A DNA stretch of 64,000 nucleotides from Caulobacterales bacterium (GCA_038326205.1 JBBQJV010000014.1:3232-67231), one strand, 5' to 3'. Counted from the first letter of the stretch, positions 1-12,315 are shown. Numbers and translations are program-made. Notes: generated by a model from the letters alone, not told the origin.

Positions 1-1084
1 TGAGCACTGCCTCCCACAGGCGGCTATCGCCGGGCGAGACAATCGTGAAGCTCTCGCCGGTGCGACCGGCGCGACCTGTGCGGCCAATCCGGTGCACATA
101 GTCGTCCGAGTTTGGGGGCGGGGCGTAGTTGAACACCTGGCTGACTTCCGGGATGTCCAGGCCGCGCGCGGCTACGTCGGATGCAACCAGAAGCTTAAGT
201 TCCTGGTTGCGGAAACGGTCGAGCGTTGCGGTCCGCTGGCTCTGCGGCAGGTCGCCGTGAATCGGGGCTGCATCGAAGCCGTGGCTCGCCAGCGATTTGG
301 CGACAACGTCGACTTCTGTCTTGCGGTTGCAGAATACGATGCCCTGATCGGTTGACCGGGCCTTGATGATCGAGCGCAGCACCGCGCGCTTCACTGTGTC
401 CTCGTTGGATGGGCAGTGGGTAACGTACTGGGTGATGGTGGTGGCGGCCGTGGCGGGTTTGGAAACCTCGATCCGCACCGGCTCTTTCTGGAACTGCTTG
501 GCGAGGCGGGTGATCTCGGGAGGCATGGTGGCCGAGAAGAGCAAAGTCTGGCGCGTCTTGGGCAGCAGGGTGCAGATCTTCTCGATGTCTGGGATGAAGC
601 CCATGTCGAGCATGCGGTCAGCTTCGTCGATAACCAACATCTGCACCCCGGTCATCAGGAGGCCGCCCCGTCCGAAATGGTCCATCAGGCGGCCGGGCGT
701 CGCGATCAGCACGTCGGCGCCGGCGTTGAGTTTCTTTTCCTGGTCGCCGAACGACACGCCACCGATCAGCAGCGCCATGTTCAGCTTGTAGCCCGCGCCG
801 TATTTTTCGAACTGCTCGGCCACCTGGGCGGCAAGTTCGCGAGTCGGCTCAAGGATCAGCGAGCGGGGCATGCGCGCCTTGGCGCGCCCTTGTCCAAGTT
901 TGTGGATCATGGGTAGCACGAAGGCAGCTGTCTTGCCGGTGCCGGTTTGCGCAATCCCGGTCACATCCTTGCCGCCGAGCACGGCAGGAATCCCCTGTTG
1001 CTGAATGGGTGTCGGCGTCGTGTAGCCAGCGGCTGTCACGGCCTCCAGAATTCTTGGGTCGAGGCTAAGCTCGTCAAACGTCAT
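1..1084 (-). CDS. DEAD-box ATP-dependent RNA helicase (3' end outside window)
   Basis: Absent from the ORF track because it runs off the window. Reverse translation from ATG at 1084 gives MTFDELSLDPRILEAV...GIAQTGTGKTAAFVLPM (Walker A). VIDEADRMLDMGF is encoded near 600-660. Plus-strand ORFs 92-916 are antisense shadows. Confidence 0.9.
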   Translation of the reverse strand, partial: MTFDELSLDPRILEAVTAAGYTTPTPIQQQGIPAVLGGKDVTGIAQTGTGKTAAFVLPMIHKLGQGRAKARMPRSLILEPTRELAAQVAEQFEKYGAGYKLNMALLIGGVSFGDQEKKLNAGADVLIATPGRLMDHFGRGGLLMTGVQMLVIDEADRMLDMGFIPDIEKICTLLPKTRQTLLFSATMPPEITRLAKQFQKEPVRIEVSKPATAATTITQYVTHCPSNEDTVKRAVLRSIIKARSTDQGIVFCNRKTEVDVVAKSLASHGFDAAPIHGDLPQSQRTATLDRFRNQELKLLVASDVAARGLDIPEVSQVFNYAPPPNSDDYVHRIGRTGRAGRTGESFTIVSPGDSRLWEAVL

Positions 1085-1258
1085 CAGAAAGATCTTTTCG
1101 GACTTCAGCCGGCCGGATCGCGGGCAGAAATGCACGCTTTTCCAGGATTGGCGGACCAATAGGCCCACGCGCCCCCAAGTCAATCCCGGGAGGCTCCAGT
1201 GGCCACCATGGCACGATTCCGTGAAAGAATCGTGGGCGTATTGCCGACCTGCGGTTGG

Positions 1259-2520
1259 CTATTGGCGCTCGTAGGCCTGCGGCTTGTTTTCGTCGAGGTT
1301 GAGGTAGCGGTCCCGCAGCTTGGTCTGGCGTGACACCATCGGCGTCGAGACGCCGGCGATGTAGACCGCGTCGGGGCTGGACATCAGTTCCAGCGGGTCG
1401 CCATCCCAGATCACCACATCGGCGATCGCCCCGGATTTCAGTGATCCAAGGTCCGTCCTGCCATAGATACTGGCGGGGACGCTGGTGATCGCGGCGAAAG
1501 CATCAGCCCACGACATGCCGTTCGCGACGGCGTTGCCGGCCAGTTGCTGGATGAAACGGGTGTTGTGGGTCGCCTCGTTCGGATCTGCGATGGCGACCTT
1601 CACACCGGCCTTCGACAGGCGGCCTGCGTTTTCGAGTGTTGCGGCCAGTTGTTCGAACCGGTCGGGCAGGTTGGTCAGCGGGTTGACGATGACGGGCACG
1701 CTAGCCGCGGCGATCTGGTCGGCAACGCGCCAGCCTTCGGTCGCGCCGAGCAGGATGAGCTTCATCCTCGGTTCGCGCTGTCGCAGGGTGAGCACCTGCA
1801 GGATGTCAGCGGCGGAATGCACTTCGATCATCAGGGGCACGCGGCCCTCGACCACAGGTTTGAACGCGAGCGCTTCCTTGGACGACAGCAGGTCACCTTC
1901 GCCATCTTCGGTGAAGCCGCGCGGGTAGACCTTGGCGTCGTCGATCGCGGTGGTGAGCCATGTCCATGCCGCCGACCGTGAGCCGCCAGCTGAGGCGGCG
2001 CCGCCTTCGCCAAGTTCGGCGTACATAACCACATCGCGGGCAAAGATGCTGTTGAAGCTGCCGGTGGTATCCGCGAGTGCGCCATAACCACCGAGCAGAC
2101 CATCGCCCGCTGGGTCGACCAGCGCCACGCGGGTAACGCCCTCGATACGCGAGACCGCGATGGCGGTGTTGTCGGGATCGAAGGAGTCTGCGGCGCGCAG
2201 CGATGCCTGGAACTTGCTGCGACCAGCGGATATATTGTTGGTCGAATCCTCGGAATCGACTTCGGCGAGGCCGATGCGGGACAGGGCCGCGAACAGGCCC
2301 GGCGTGACCCACTTGCCATTGGCGTCGACAATGGTTGCGCCGGCGGGAGCAGATCCCGGGCCCACCGAGACAATGCGGCCATTGGTGATGACGACGGTTC
2401 CGTTTTCGATCACGTCTTGCGACGTGTTGGTGACTATGCGTCCGCCGGTGATGGCAATGGCCTGCGCGAACGCGCACGGCGCAGCCGCAAAGAGTGTTGC
2501 AGCAACCAGGAGCTTGCCGA

Positions 2521-2524
<4 letters not shown>
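1259..2524 (-). CDS. amidohydrolase-family protein, secreted, apparently lacking the HxH metal motif
   Basis: Start trimmed to MIGKLLVAATLFAAAPCAFAQA (signal peptide). Overall similarity to the upstream amidohydrolase (WVTPG..., C-terminal GAIADVVIWDGDP). It has GLFAALSRIG where the partner has GIIDIHSHLG. ATGA start/stop overlap at 2521-2524. Confidence 0.75.
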
Positions 2525-4062
<1,538 letters not shown>

Positions 4063-4254
4063 GCGTCACCCCGTACTTGCGTGGGGAACACTGCATGCCA
4101 TGGATTTCGCGTCAAACGCCGACACGCGATGCGCGAGAACCCTGCGCCAGTTGACGAAAACGTCGGCAGGCGCCGCTACGGTGCCATCTCGGGCGCGGAA
4201 AATGCATGTGAGAGCATTCCCAATAAGCCGGAGACACCGGCACAAGAGGAAAAA

Positions 4255-5286
4255 ATGAAATCGTTGCTTCAGGTGCTTGCCTGCGGAACCGTTTTCTTGT
4301 CCGGCGTGGCCCATGCCCAAGCTGGCAATACGATTCCGCGAACAGCGGACGTCAAGCCGGATTTTCAGGGCGTCTGGACGAATTCGTCGCGTACCCGGCT
4401 TGAGAGGGTCCTTGAGTACAAGGATCTGGTGTTGACCCCAGAGCAGGCCAAGGGCTGAGAGACAGATGCTGCGCGGATCGCCGCCAAGGACGCAGCCCCG
4501 ACTGACGCCTCCGTCGGTGCGCCGATATCTGGTGAGGACCCGGAGGGCTACAACTATTTCTGGATCGATCCCGGCACGCGCGTCGGTAAGGTGAAGAGTG
4601 AATACCGCTCGTCCTGGCTGATCGATCCTCCGAACGGGAAAGTTCCATACACCGCCGCCAGGAGGCAAGCCATGATGAAGGAGGTCTCGACCTACAAATT
4701 CTTTGACAACCCGGAAGAGCGTATCACGATCGAGTGTTGCCTTATCGGCTTTGCCTCGATTGGCGGTCAACCTATGCTGAATGAGCTCTACAACAATCAC
4801 CAGCAGATCATCCAGACGGCCTACGCGATCGCGATCAAAATCGAAAAGGTGCATGACACGCGCATCGTCCGAATGAATGGCGAGCACAACCCGCCCGCCG
4901 TGACCCAGTATCTCGGCGCCACGGTCGGTCACTGGGAGGGCGACACGCTGGTCACCGACACGGTCGGCTTCAAGCCGAAGGAAGCCGTGCGGGTCGATTT
5001 CGGTCTTTTCGCCTACGTGTCGTCTGACGCGAAGGTCACCGAGCGCTTCGCGGTGAGCAATCCCGACGAGATCCTCTACGAATTCACGGTCCTTGACCCC
5101 GTCGCGTATTCGCAACCGTGGAAAGGCGAACTGACGTTTCGCCGCTCGCCGGATCGAATCTATGAATACGCCTGCCATGAGGGCAGCCACTCGGTGCCCA
5201 ACATCCTCGCTGGCGCGCGTGAGATGGATCGGCAGGGCTCGAAACCGGCTGTGACGCGTCAGCGCGCTCGCATCGATCGGGAATAG
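4255..5286 (+). pseudogene. conserved secreted hypothetical protein interrupted by one in-frame TGA (4456-4458)
   Basis: ORFs 4045-4458 and 4591-5286 are in the same frame. The 44 codons between them contain no stop and read ETDAARIAAKD...EGYNYFWIDPGTRVGK. GAGGA RBS lies before ATG 4255. Signal peptide MKSLLQVLACGTVFLSGVAHAQA. Confidence 0.6.
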
Positions 5287-5375
5287 AGAGTATGCAGCCG
5301 CGACCTGTCGCAGTCACAGGTTGCGCCTGTCGTTTTCTCCGTAGCGTTGAGTGGGCTGTCTGTATCGATCATCAA

Positions 5376-6341
5376 ATGACGGGCGAGGCCATGAGCGAAC
5401 TTCAATCCTATCTCGGTTGGAAGATCGATTTCAAGAATCCGCCTGGCGAGCCGGCGGGCCTTGAGCCCGACTCGATGCACTGGAACGTCTACAAGAATCC
5501 CATCGCCATGGCCGTCGGCGGGGTGGCGGCGGTGTTGCTGGAGTTTGCAGACGCGCGCATCCGCTCCGGCGTGTGGGACCATTCGACCTACAAGCAAGAT
5601 CCCATCGGGCGCTCGAAGCGCACGGGAGTGGCGGCGATGGTGGGCGTCTTTGGACCTCGCAAAGCTGCGGAGCGTGTGATCCATGGCGTCACCAACATGC
5701 ATTCGCGTGTGAACGGGGCGACGCCAAAGGGAGAGCCTTACCGCGCGCTGGACCCCGAACTGCTCGACTGGGTGAGCGCCACAGCTGCCTATGGATTTCT
5801 CACGGCCTATGACACGTTCGTCGAGCGCGTCGCCGAGGCGGACAAGACGCGCTACTATGCCGAGGCAGCGCTGGGCGCGAAGTTGTATGGCGTGCAACGT
5901 TCTCCGACGTCGACCGCGGATTTCTTCGACATGATGAAGCCGCTGGTCGATCGCTTCGAGCCGCATCCCATCAACGAGGAGTTTCTTAGCATCATCATGT
6001 CCGGCAAGGCTGCGCCGGATACGCCAAAGTACATCAGTCAGGCCATGGTGCGGGCATCGGTGTCGCTGTTGCCGCCGGTCGTGCGCGGCAAGCTGGGTCT
6101 AGGCAATGCGTACAACCTCAGTTTTGTCGACCGCCTGACGGTGATGGCGCTCGGCAAGTACCTGAACCGGAGGCCCATACCGGGCTCGCCGCCCTGTGAT
6201 GCAAGCCTACGGATCGGGCTACCGGCGAATTTCCTCTTCCGCGGTCAACGCGAACGCGCGCGGCTGCTGGCTGAGTGGCGCGCCGCGCCGCGCCCGGCGA
6301 GTGAACCTGACGCCACGACAATGGTGCAACCGGCCGCGTGA
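5376..6341 (+). CDS. DUF2236 / MpaB-type oxygenase family protein
   Basis: GGVAAVLLEFADARIRSGVWDHSTYKQDPIGRSKRT resembles the DUF2236 core. The start is uncertain (ATG 5376 or 5391). Confidence 0.65.
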   Translation: MTGEAMSELQSYLGWKIDFKNPPGEPAGLEPDSMHWNVYKNPIAMAVGGVAAVLLEFADARIRSGVWDHSTYKQDPIGRSKRTGVAAMVGVFGPRKAAERVIHGVTNMHSRVNGATPKGEPYRALDPELLDWVSATAAYGFLTAYDTFVERVAEADKTRYYAEAALGAKLYGVQRSPTSTADFFDMMKPLVDRFEPHPINEEFLSIIMSGKAAPDTPKYISQAMVRASVSLLPPVVRGKLGLGNAYNLSFVDRLTVMALGKYLNRRPIPGSPPCDASLRIGLPANFLFRGQRERARLLAEWRAAPRPASEPDATTMVQPAA

Positions 6342-6377
6342 TGTGCTGAGACTGTCGCCGCAGCACCGGAGCGTCCC

Positions 6378-6998
6378 ATGAAATTCTACACCTCCATCGG
6401 CCCCAACCCGCGCGTCGTGAAAATGTTCATGGCCGAGAAGGGCATCGACATTCCCCGTGTGACTGTTGACCTCATGGCCGGCGAAAACCGCGAGGCCGCG
6501 CACGTCGCGCGCAACCCCGGCGGCCAGATGCCGACATTGGAACTGGACGATGGCAGTTACCTCGCCGAGGTGACGGCGATCTGCGAATACCTTGAGGAAA
6601 AGCATCCCAAGCCCGTGCTTGTCGGCGCGACGCCCGAAGAGCGGGCGATGACGCGCATGTGGACGCGCCGCATCGATCTTTACATCGTCGAGCCAATGCT
6701 GACCGGCTTCCGTGGCGCCGAAGGGCAGGCTCTCTTCAAGAATCGCATGCGCCTCATTCCGCAAGCCTCTGCTGACCTTAAAGCGCTGGCGCAGGAAAAG
6801 GTCACATGGCTCGACGGACTAATCAGCGGACGCGACTTCATCGCCGGTAACAGCCTCACGCTGGCCGACATCCTGCTCTACTGCACGCTCGATTTCGGCG
6901 CGACGGTTGGCCAGCCGCTTAACGCCGACAACGCCAACATCACAGCGTGGTTCGCCCGCGTGAACGCCCGTCCAAGTGCCGAGGCGAGCCGGGCCTAA
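6378..6998 (+). CDS. glutathione S-transferase
   Basis: 206 aa. The N-terminal thioredoxin-like GST domain reads NPGGQMPTLELDDGSYLAEVTAICEYLEE, followed by a C-terminal helical GST domain. Confidence 0.9.
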   Translation: MKFYTSIGPNPRVVKMFMAEKGIDIPRVTVDLMAGENREAAHVARNPGGQMPTLELDDGSYLAEVTAICEYLEEKHPKPVLVGATPEERAMTRMWTRRIDLYIVEPMLTGFRGAEGQALFKNRMRLIPQASADLKALAQEKVTWLDGLISGRDFIAGNSLTLADILLYCTLDFGATVGQPLNADNANITAWFARVNARPSAEASRA

Positions 6999-7070
6999 CC
7001 CCCGGGGGTCCAGCCACATTGGCGACGCGCCCTGACTTCCGAATGCATTGGCGTGTTTTGTTAACGAATC

Positions 7071-8687
7071 GTGACGACTCTGGCCTCCGCATGTTGCGCA
7101 ACGGAGCCGTCCATGAACAACCCGGAGCTGCTGGCCGCGCAGATGCTGCGCGAAGCGCTCGATGTGCATGAGGACAGCGTGTCTATTTATGGTCCGCAGG
7201 GCCAGCACGTGTTCAGCAGCCAGTCGGCGCGGAAGCTTTTTGCGACCTTCTTTGTGTTTCTCGACAGCGGCCTCAGCCACTGGGAAGCAATTGCGGCATG
7301 CCTTCGTTTCAAGCGGCCTGACGTGAGCGAGGAGGTTGTCCAGACCTACGTGGCCTGGTGCCGGGACGAGTACGAGTCGGGGGAAACATATCATGCGAGA
7401 ACGGATCATGATCGCGATGTGCTGATCACCTAGAGATCAATGTCCGGCGGGCGGAAGGCCGGCATCTCGATCGACGTTACTGAGTTGCGGGAACGAGAGC
7501 GGAAGTTGAAACGCGTCAAGGAATCGGCTGAAGCGGCAAGCGCCGCCAAGAGCGCCTTCCTTGCCAACATGAGCCATGAGATACGGACGCCGCTAAACGG
7601 TGTGCTCAGCATGGCGCAGTCGCTGATTCGGGATGAGCTATCGCCGGAGCAGCGCGGTAGGGTTGAAATCCTGCTCGATAGCGGGCGCACCCTGATGACG
7701 GTCGTGAATGACGTTCTCGATCTGTCGAAAAGCGAGTCCGGCAAAGTGACGATCTCGCCCGTCGATGTCGCGATCCGTGAGGGCGTCGAGAGCGTCATCG
7801 AACTGTTCTGACCCAAGGCGGATGAAAAAGGCATCGCGCTGTCGCTTCGGCTGGACATCGACCTGCCGCACCGGTTGAATCTCGATCCTGTTCGCACGCG
7901 GCAATGCCTTGGCAATCTGATCTCGAACGCCGTGAAGTTCACCGACAACGGCCGCGTTACCGTAACCGCACGCCGCATCGGAAGCAGCGAAGTGCCAAAG
8001 CTTGAGTTTGCAGTCGCCGATACCGGAATCGGTATGACCGAACAGCACATGGCGAGGTTGTTCGAGGACTTTGCGCAGGGCGACGACTCCACCACGCGAC
8101 CTTATGGAGGAGCCGGACTTGGACTTGCGATCACCAGGCGCCTCGCTCGGCTGATGGGCGGCGATGTGGTGGTGGAGAGCACGCCAGGGAAGGGATCCGT
8201 CTTCAAACTTAGCCTCGCCGTCTCGTCGGTTCCTACGCTTTCATCGCGAGACAACCGGCAAACGCGCGTCGATCGTGATACCCCCGAAATCACCAACTAT
8301 CGCATCCTGTTGACTGATGACAACGCAGTGAACCGCAAGGTTGTGCGGATGTTCATGAAGCCGTTCGGCGTGACACTGGTCGAGGTGCGTGATGGCGCCG
8401 AGGCGCTGTAGCGCTTGGCCAGTGAAGCCTTCGATCTCGTGCTGATGGACATCCACATGCCCGTGATGGATGGTCGCGAGGCGGTGCGGCGCATTCGAGC
8501 AAGCGGGCAACCGTGGGCGAACGTTTCGGTCGTCGCGCTGACCGCCGACGCCATGCCGGGCGACAATGAGCGCTACATGGGCATGGACATGAACGCCCAT
8601 GTCGCGAACCGATCGATCTACGGGAGCTGTTCTCGGCGGTCCAGCGCGCTGGCGATGAGCAAGGTTAGCCGCGCCAACGCGGCGTAG
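7071..8687 (+). pseudogene. hybrid sensor histidine kinase (PAS-HisKA-HATPase-REC), inactivated
   Basis: Four track ORFs lie in one frame, separated only by TAG 7431-7433, TGA 7809-7811 and TAG 8409-8411. Motifs: H-box FLANMSHEIRTPLNG, N-box [11 protein letters not shown]-box DTGIGM / [19 protein letters not shown]...[11 protein letters not shown] 1-nt deletion near 8607 hits the REC KP codons; the restored frame reads HVA(K)[19 protein letters not shown] and stops at 8666-8668. Confidence 0.85.
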
Positions 8688-8705
8688 GTCCGTTCTCCTG
8701 CCGGA

Positions 8706-9131
8706 CTATTCCGTCGTCGTTAGCGTAGACGGCAAGCGAAGGTGAACCTGCACGAGACAGACCGGCTTGGCTTGGTCCCGCTGCCACGCTTCCGCGTGCA
8801 CTGTGGCGATGCGGCGTCCGAGCCGGCGGATGCGCGCGCGCGCAAACGTCGTTTCGCGTCTGGCGGGGCGCAGATATTCGACGTTGATGTCAATTGCGCG
8901 GAAGGGAGCGGACGTTCCCGTCTCGTGCGCCAGCTGCAGCAGGCAGGCGATCTCGAGGAAGGACGCGACGCAGCCCCCATGAAGCGCCGGCAGCATGACG
9001 TTGCCCACCAGCTCATCGCGTACAGGCAGTATGGCAAGCACGCCGTTCGCGTCGACCTGCGCTTCGACGGCAAGGAAGCGTCCGAAGGGTGAGCCAGCGA
9101 TGATGGCATTGATGTCGACGGGCGGTATCAT
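8706..9131 (-). CDS. PaaI-family (hotdog fold) thioesterase
   Basis: The start is trimmed to MIPPVDINAI. The sequence ALHGGCVASFLEIACL...IDINVEYLRPA is typical of PaaI/DUF4442-like hotdog proteins. There is an ATGA overlap with the upstream gene at 9128-9131. Confidence 0.75.
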   Translation of the reverse strand: MIPPVDINAIIAGSPFGRFLAVEAQVDANGVLAILPVRDELVGNVMLPALHGGCVASFLEIACLLQLAHETGTSAPFRAIDINVEYLRPARRETTFARARIRRLGRRIATVHAEAWQRDQAKPVCLVQVHLRLPSTLTTTE

Positions 9132-9607
9132 TTCGCCTCCCGCCGGTTGAGGCTGAACGCAGCTTGCGCGGCGGCGACCGGATCGTCGGGCGAAACGTCC
9201 CAAGCTTCGGCGCGGAGGAAGGCAATCGTGCGCGTCGCCTTGTAGACATGCGCACGCGCTGACACCGCAGCGCGGGGCGCGGCGGGGCGCATGTGATCGA
9301 TGCGCAGATCAAGCGTTGCAGGCGCCGAGTTCATGCCGAGACCGGCCATGATCGCGAGACCGCAGACATGGTCGATCAGCGCAGTGATCGGCCCCGGCGC
9401 GAGGATGTCCGTGCCATTGAGGCCGACGAGATCGGCGCGCCAGGGCAGCAGGATTTCACCGCGATTGGGGGAAGAAGAAACGTAACGCATCCCGAGCGCG
9501 CGGGCGTAGGGCGTGTATTGCACCATGCCCTTTGCGATGGTGTCGCCCGGCCAGTCAGCGACGCCATCGGCGCCAGTCTCATCATCGGGGTCGCGCGGGT
9601 TAGACAT
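9128..9607 (-). CDS. PaaI-family (hotdog fold) thioesterase
   Basis: 159 aa. GPITALIDHVCGLAIMAG...LDLRIDHMRPA. Its start overlaps the parE stop by 8 nt. Confidence 0.75.
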   Translation of the reverse strand: MSNPRDPDDETGADGVADWPGDTIAKGMVQYTPYARALGMRYVSSSPNRGEILLPWRADLVGLNGTDILAPGPITALIDHVCGLAIMAGLGMNSAPATLDLRIDHMRPAAPRAAVSARAHVYKATRTIAFLRAEAWDVSPDDPVAAAQAAFSLNRREAK

Positions 9608-11600
9608 CCAGCTCGTCGATGAATTTGGCGTTGTCCTGGATGAACTTGAAGCGGAGCTCGGGCTTCTTGCCCATCAGCGTTTCGACGAGGTCTTCGACCG
9701 TCTTGACCGACTTGGGCAACGACACGCGCGCGAGGGTGCGCGTCCTGTGGTTCATAGTCGTCTCTTTGAGCTGCGCCGGCATCATCTCGCCGAGACCCTT
9801 GAATCGGCCCATCTCCGGCTTCTTACCCTTGAACTCGTTGGCGAGGAGCTGGTCCCTGTGGGCGTCGTCGCGGGCGTAGATCGACTTGCCGCCGTGGGTG
9901 AGGCGATATAGCGGCGGCTGGGCGAGGAAGAGGCGGCCAGATTCGATGAGGCCTGGGGTTTGGCGGAAAAAGAACGTGATAAGCAGGGACGCGATGTGGG
10001 CGCCGTCGACGTCGGCGTCGGTCATGATGATGATCCGTTCGTAGCGAAGATCCTCGACGCGGAAGCGATGACCGAGGCCGGTGCCAAGCGCGGTCGCAAG
10101 ATCGGACAGTTCCTTGTTGTTCGAGAGCTTTTCGTCGCCGGCGCTGGCGACGTTTAGGATCTTGCCGCGCAGGGGGAGAACCGCTTGCGTGGCGCGGTCG
10201 CGGGCCTGTTTAGCGGAGCCGCCGGCGCTGTCACCTTCGACGATGAACAGTTCGGTGCCTTGCGCTGAGCCATCCGAACAGTCGGCCAGCTTGCCGGGCA
10301 GGCGAAGCTTGCGGGTGGCGGACTGGCGCGCGACTTCCTTGTCTTTCCGTTTGCGCATCCGGTCTTCGGCCTGACCGATGGCCCATTCGAGCAGGCGGTT
10401 GGCGCTCGCGGTTGAGGCCGTGAGCCAATGGTCGAAGCGGTCGCGCATCGCGTTTTCGGTGATGCGGAAGGCGTCCTGCGTGGAGAGCTTTTCCTTGGTC
10501 TGGCCGACAAACTCCGGGTTGCGGATGAAGACCGAGAGCAGCGCGCCCGCGGTGCCGAGCACGTCGTCGGCGGTAACGAGTGCGGTCTTCTTGTTGCCGA
10601 TCATTTCGCCGTAGGCGCGGAGGCCTTTTGTCAGCGCCGAGCGCATGCCCGCTTCGTGGGTGCCGCCTTCCGGCGTCGGGATGGTGTTGCAGTAAGTGCG
10701 CGAGAATCCGTCGGCTTCACCGAAGCCGTTGATGCTCCAGATGACGGCCCATTCGACGGCGCCGCCGCCGCCGATGTCGACACGGCCGGTGAAGGGATCT
10801 GGCAAGACGGTCTTGGTCTCTGTCGTTAGCTCTTTCAGCATGTCGGCGAGGCCGTTGGGATAGGACAGGACGGCTTCGGCTGGCGTCTTGTCGTCGTCCT
10901 TCAGCAGCTTGGGTTCGCAGCTCCAGCGGATCTCGGCGGCGCGAGACAGATAGGCTTTCGAGCGCGCCATGGCGAACAGGCGCGAGGGGCGGAAGTGCAG
11001 CTTGTCGCCGAAGATCTGCGGATCGGGATGGAAGCTAATCTGCGTGCCGCGCCTGTTGGGCGCCGCGCCGACGGTTGTCAGCTTCGATGTCGGATTGCCG
11101 CGCGAATAGGTCTGGCGGTACAGCTTCCGGTCGATTGCGATCTCGACAATGACTTCATCGGATAGCGCATTCACGACCGAGATACCAACGCCGTGCAGAC
11201 CGCCGGCGGTCTGGTAGGCCTTGTTCGAGAATTTTCCGCCTGAGTGCAACATCGTCATGATGACTTCGAGCGCGGTCTTGTTCTTGACCTTCGGGTGCAT
11301 GCCGATCGGGATGCCGCGCCCGTCGTCGCGCACTGTCAGATAGCCATTGGCTCCCAGTGTCACGTCGATGCGGCTGGCGTGGCCGGCGACGGCCTCGTCG
11401 ATCGAGTTGTCGAGCACTTCGGCGAACAGGTGGTGGTAGGCGCGCTCGTCCGTGCCGCCGATATACATGCCGGGGCGCTTGCGGACGGGCTCGAGGCCTT
11501 CGAGGACTTCTATGTCCTTGGCGGAGTAGCCGGACGAATCCGATTTCTCGCTATCTGACCTGTTGGAGGCAAACAGCTTTGCCTGGTTGTTCTTGGCCAT
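9600..11600 (-). CDS. parE: DNA topoisomerase IV subunit B
   Basis: 666 aa. GHKL ATPase N-terminus (GLEPVRKRPGMYIGGTDERAYHHLFAEVLDNSIDEA), Toprim EGDSAGGSAKQARDR, PLRGKILNV. The short length fits alphaproteobacterial ParE rather than GyrB. Confidence 0.9.
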   Translation of the reverse strand: MAKNNQAKLFASNRSDSEKSDSSGYSAKDIEVLEGLEPVRKRPGMYIGGTDERAYHHLFAEVLDNSIDEAVAGHASRIDVTLGANGYLTVRDDGRGIPIGMHPKVKNKTALEVIMTMLHSGGKFSNKAYQTAGGLHGVGISVVNALSDEVIVEIAIDRKLYRQTYSRGNPTSKLTTVGAAPNRRGTQISFHPDPQIFGDKLHFRPSRLFAMARSKAYLSRAAEIRWSCEPKLLKDDDKTPAEAVLSYPNGLADMLKELTTETKTVLPDPFTGRVDIGGGGAVEWAVIWSINGFGEADGFSRTYCNTIPTPEGGTHEAGMRSALTKGLRAYGEMIGNKKTALVTADDVLGTAGALLSVFIRNPEFVGQTKEKLSTQDAFRITENAMRDRFDHWLTASTASANRLLEWAIGQAEDRMRKRKDKEVARQSATRKLRLPGKLADCSDGSAQGTELFIVEGDSAGGSAKQARDRATQAVLPLRGKILNVASAGDEKLSNNKELSDLATALGTGLGHRFRVEDLRYERIIIMTDADVDGAHIASLLITFFFRQTPGLIESGRLFLAQPPLYRLTHGGKSIYARDDAHRDQLLANEFKGKKPEMGRFKGLGEMMPAQLKETTMNHRTRTLARVSLPKSVKTVEDLVETLMGKKPELRFKFIQDNAKFIDELDV

Positions 11601-11870
11601 GAGTACCCTGAGGTCCGAATCAACGCCTGTGCGCGAGCATGTGAGCTAGCCTGACGGCTCTGATATGGACAATTCTTGCGATTAAGAAAGCCTTGTAATT
11701 CGGGGCTTATGCGCGGCTAAAGCGCATTGTGGCACTCGTGATCCACAGCCGATGGGGGCCATTTGGGCCCGGTATGGGGCCGGGGCATGAGCCCGCGTAG
11801 GGACTGGCGTGAGCCGTCCGGGAGGCTGTAGCTTTGGGCTGATCTCCAATGGAGGGATCCGGGACGCGGG

Positions 11871-11943
11871 CAGCCCCGCGTGGTTTGGCTGATCGCTGAA
11901 GCGACCTACAGGTAGAAAAGAGGTTTCGCGGATCCCGCGTCCC
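11871..11943. repeat. nested inverted repeat (stem GGGACGCGGG / CCCGCGTCCC, about 53-nt interior with smaller stems)
   Basis: Read directly: GGGACGCGGG at 11871-11880 is complementary to CCCGCGTCCC at 11934-11943. An inner CCGCG/CGCGG pair also pairs. A GGATCC motif recurs here and at the 12316-12432 repeat. Confidence 0.4.
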
Positions 11944-12315
11944 CGGCAGGTGTCGTGCAGCGGCGAGGAAGCAGCGGGGTTTATTTCAACCGCCTGAACC
12001 CGTTTCGGCCACCTGCGTGCAGGTCATGGTATTCTGTGCATGATCCCTCGCAGCCTCTCGGATTTATCGGATTCACCCGGGCTCTTCACGCTCCGTGCGT
12101 CCACCTCGCGCCGTTGAACGGTTGCACGACCGCCCTCCTGCGAGGTGGATGAGAGAAGTACTCGCATGGCTGGGAAAGTGTAGGATCGGCATATTGCTGA
12201 TACAGCGATTTGCGCGCGCGAGTGTTTGGAGTTGCGGGAGTCGCTCTGAACGACGGGGGTGCAGATTCGGCGGATAAGTCGGGTTTGGGGAGGAGATGGC
12301 AGCGCGTCGGAGATA

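Noticed and set aside
92-916. Plus-strand ORFs 92-355, 363-791 and 416-916
   Set aside because: They are antisense to a clear DEAD-box helicase (Walker A and DEAD motifs on the minus strand). Their low-complexity Arg/Gly/Ala-rich translations are typical of high-GC shadow ORFs.
4456-4500. Selenocysteine recoding of TGA 4456 with the downstream 6-bp stem as SECIS
   Set aside because: The stem is short and has a 17-nt unstructured loop. Nothing resembles the apical features of bacterial SECIS elements. No Sec machinery is visible in the window. A plain nonsense mutation is simpler. I kept it only as a check inside the finding.
7008-7019. ACCCCCGGGGGT palindrome after the GST gene as a terminator
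   Set aside because: It is a loop-less 12-bp palindrome without a following T-tract, so it is not a credible intrinsic terminator.
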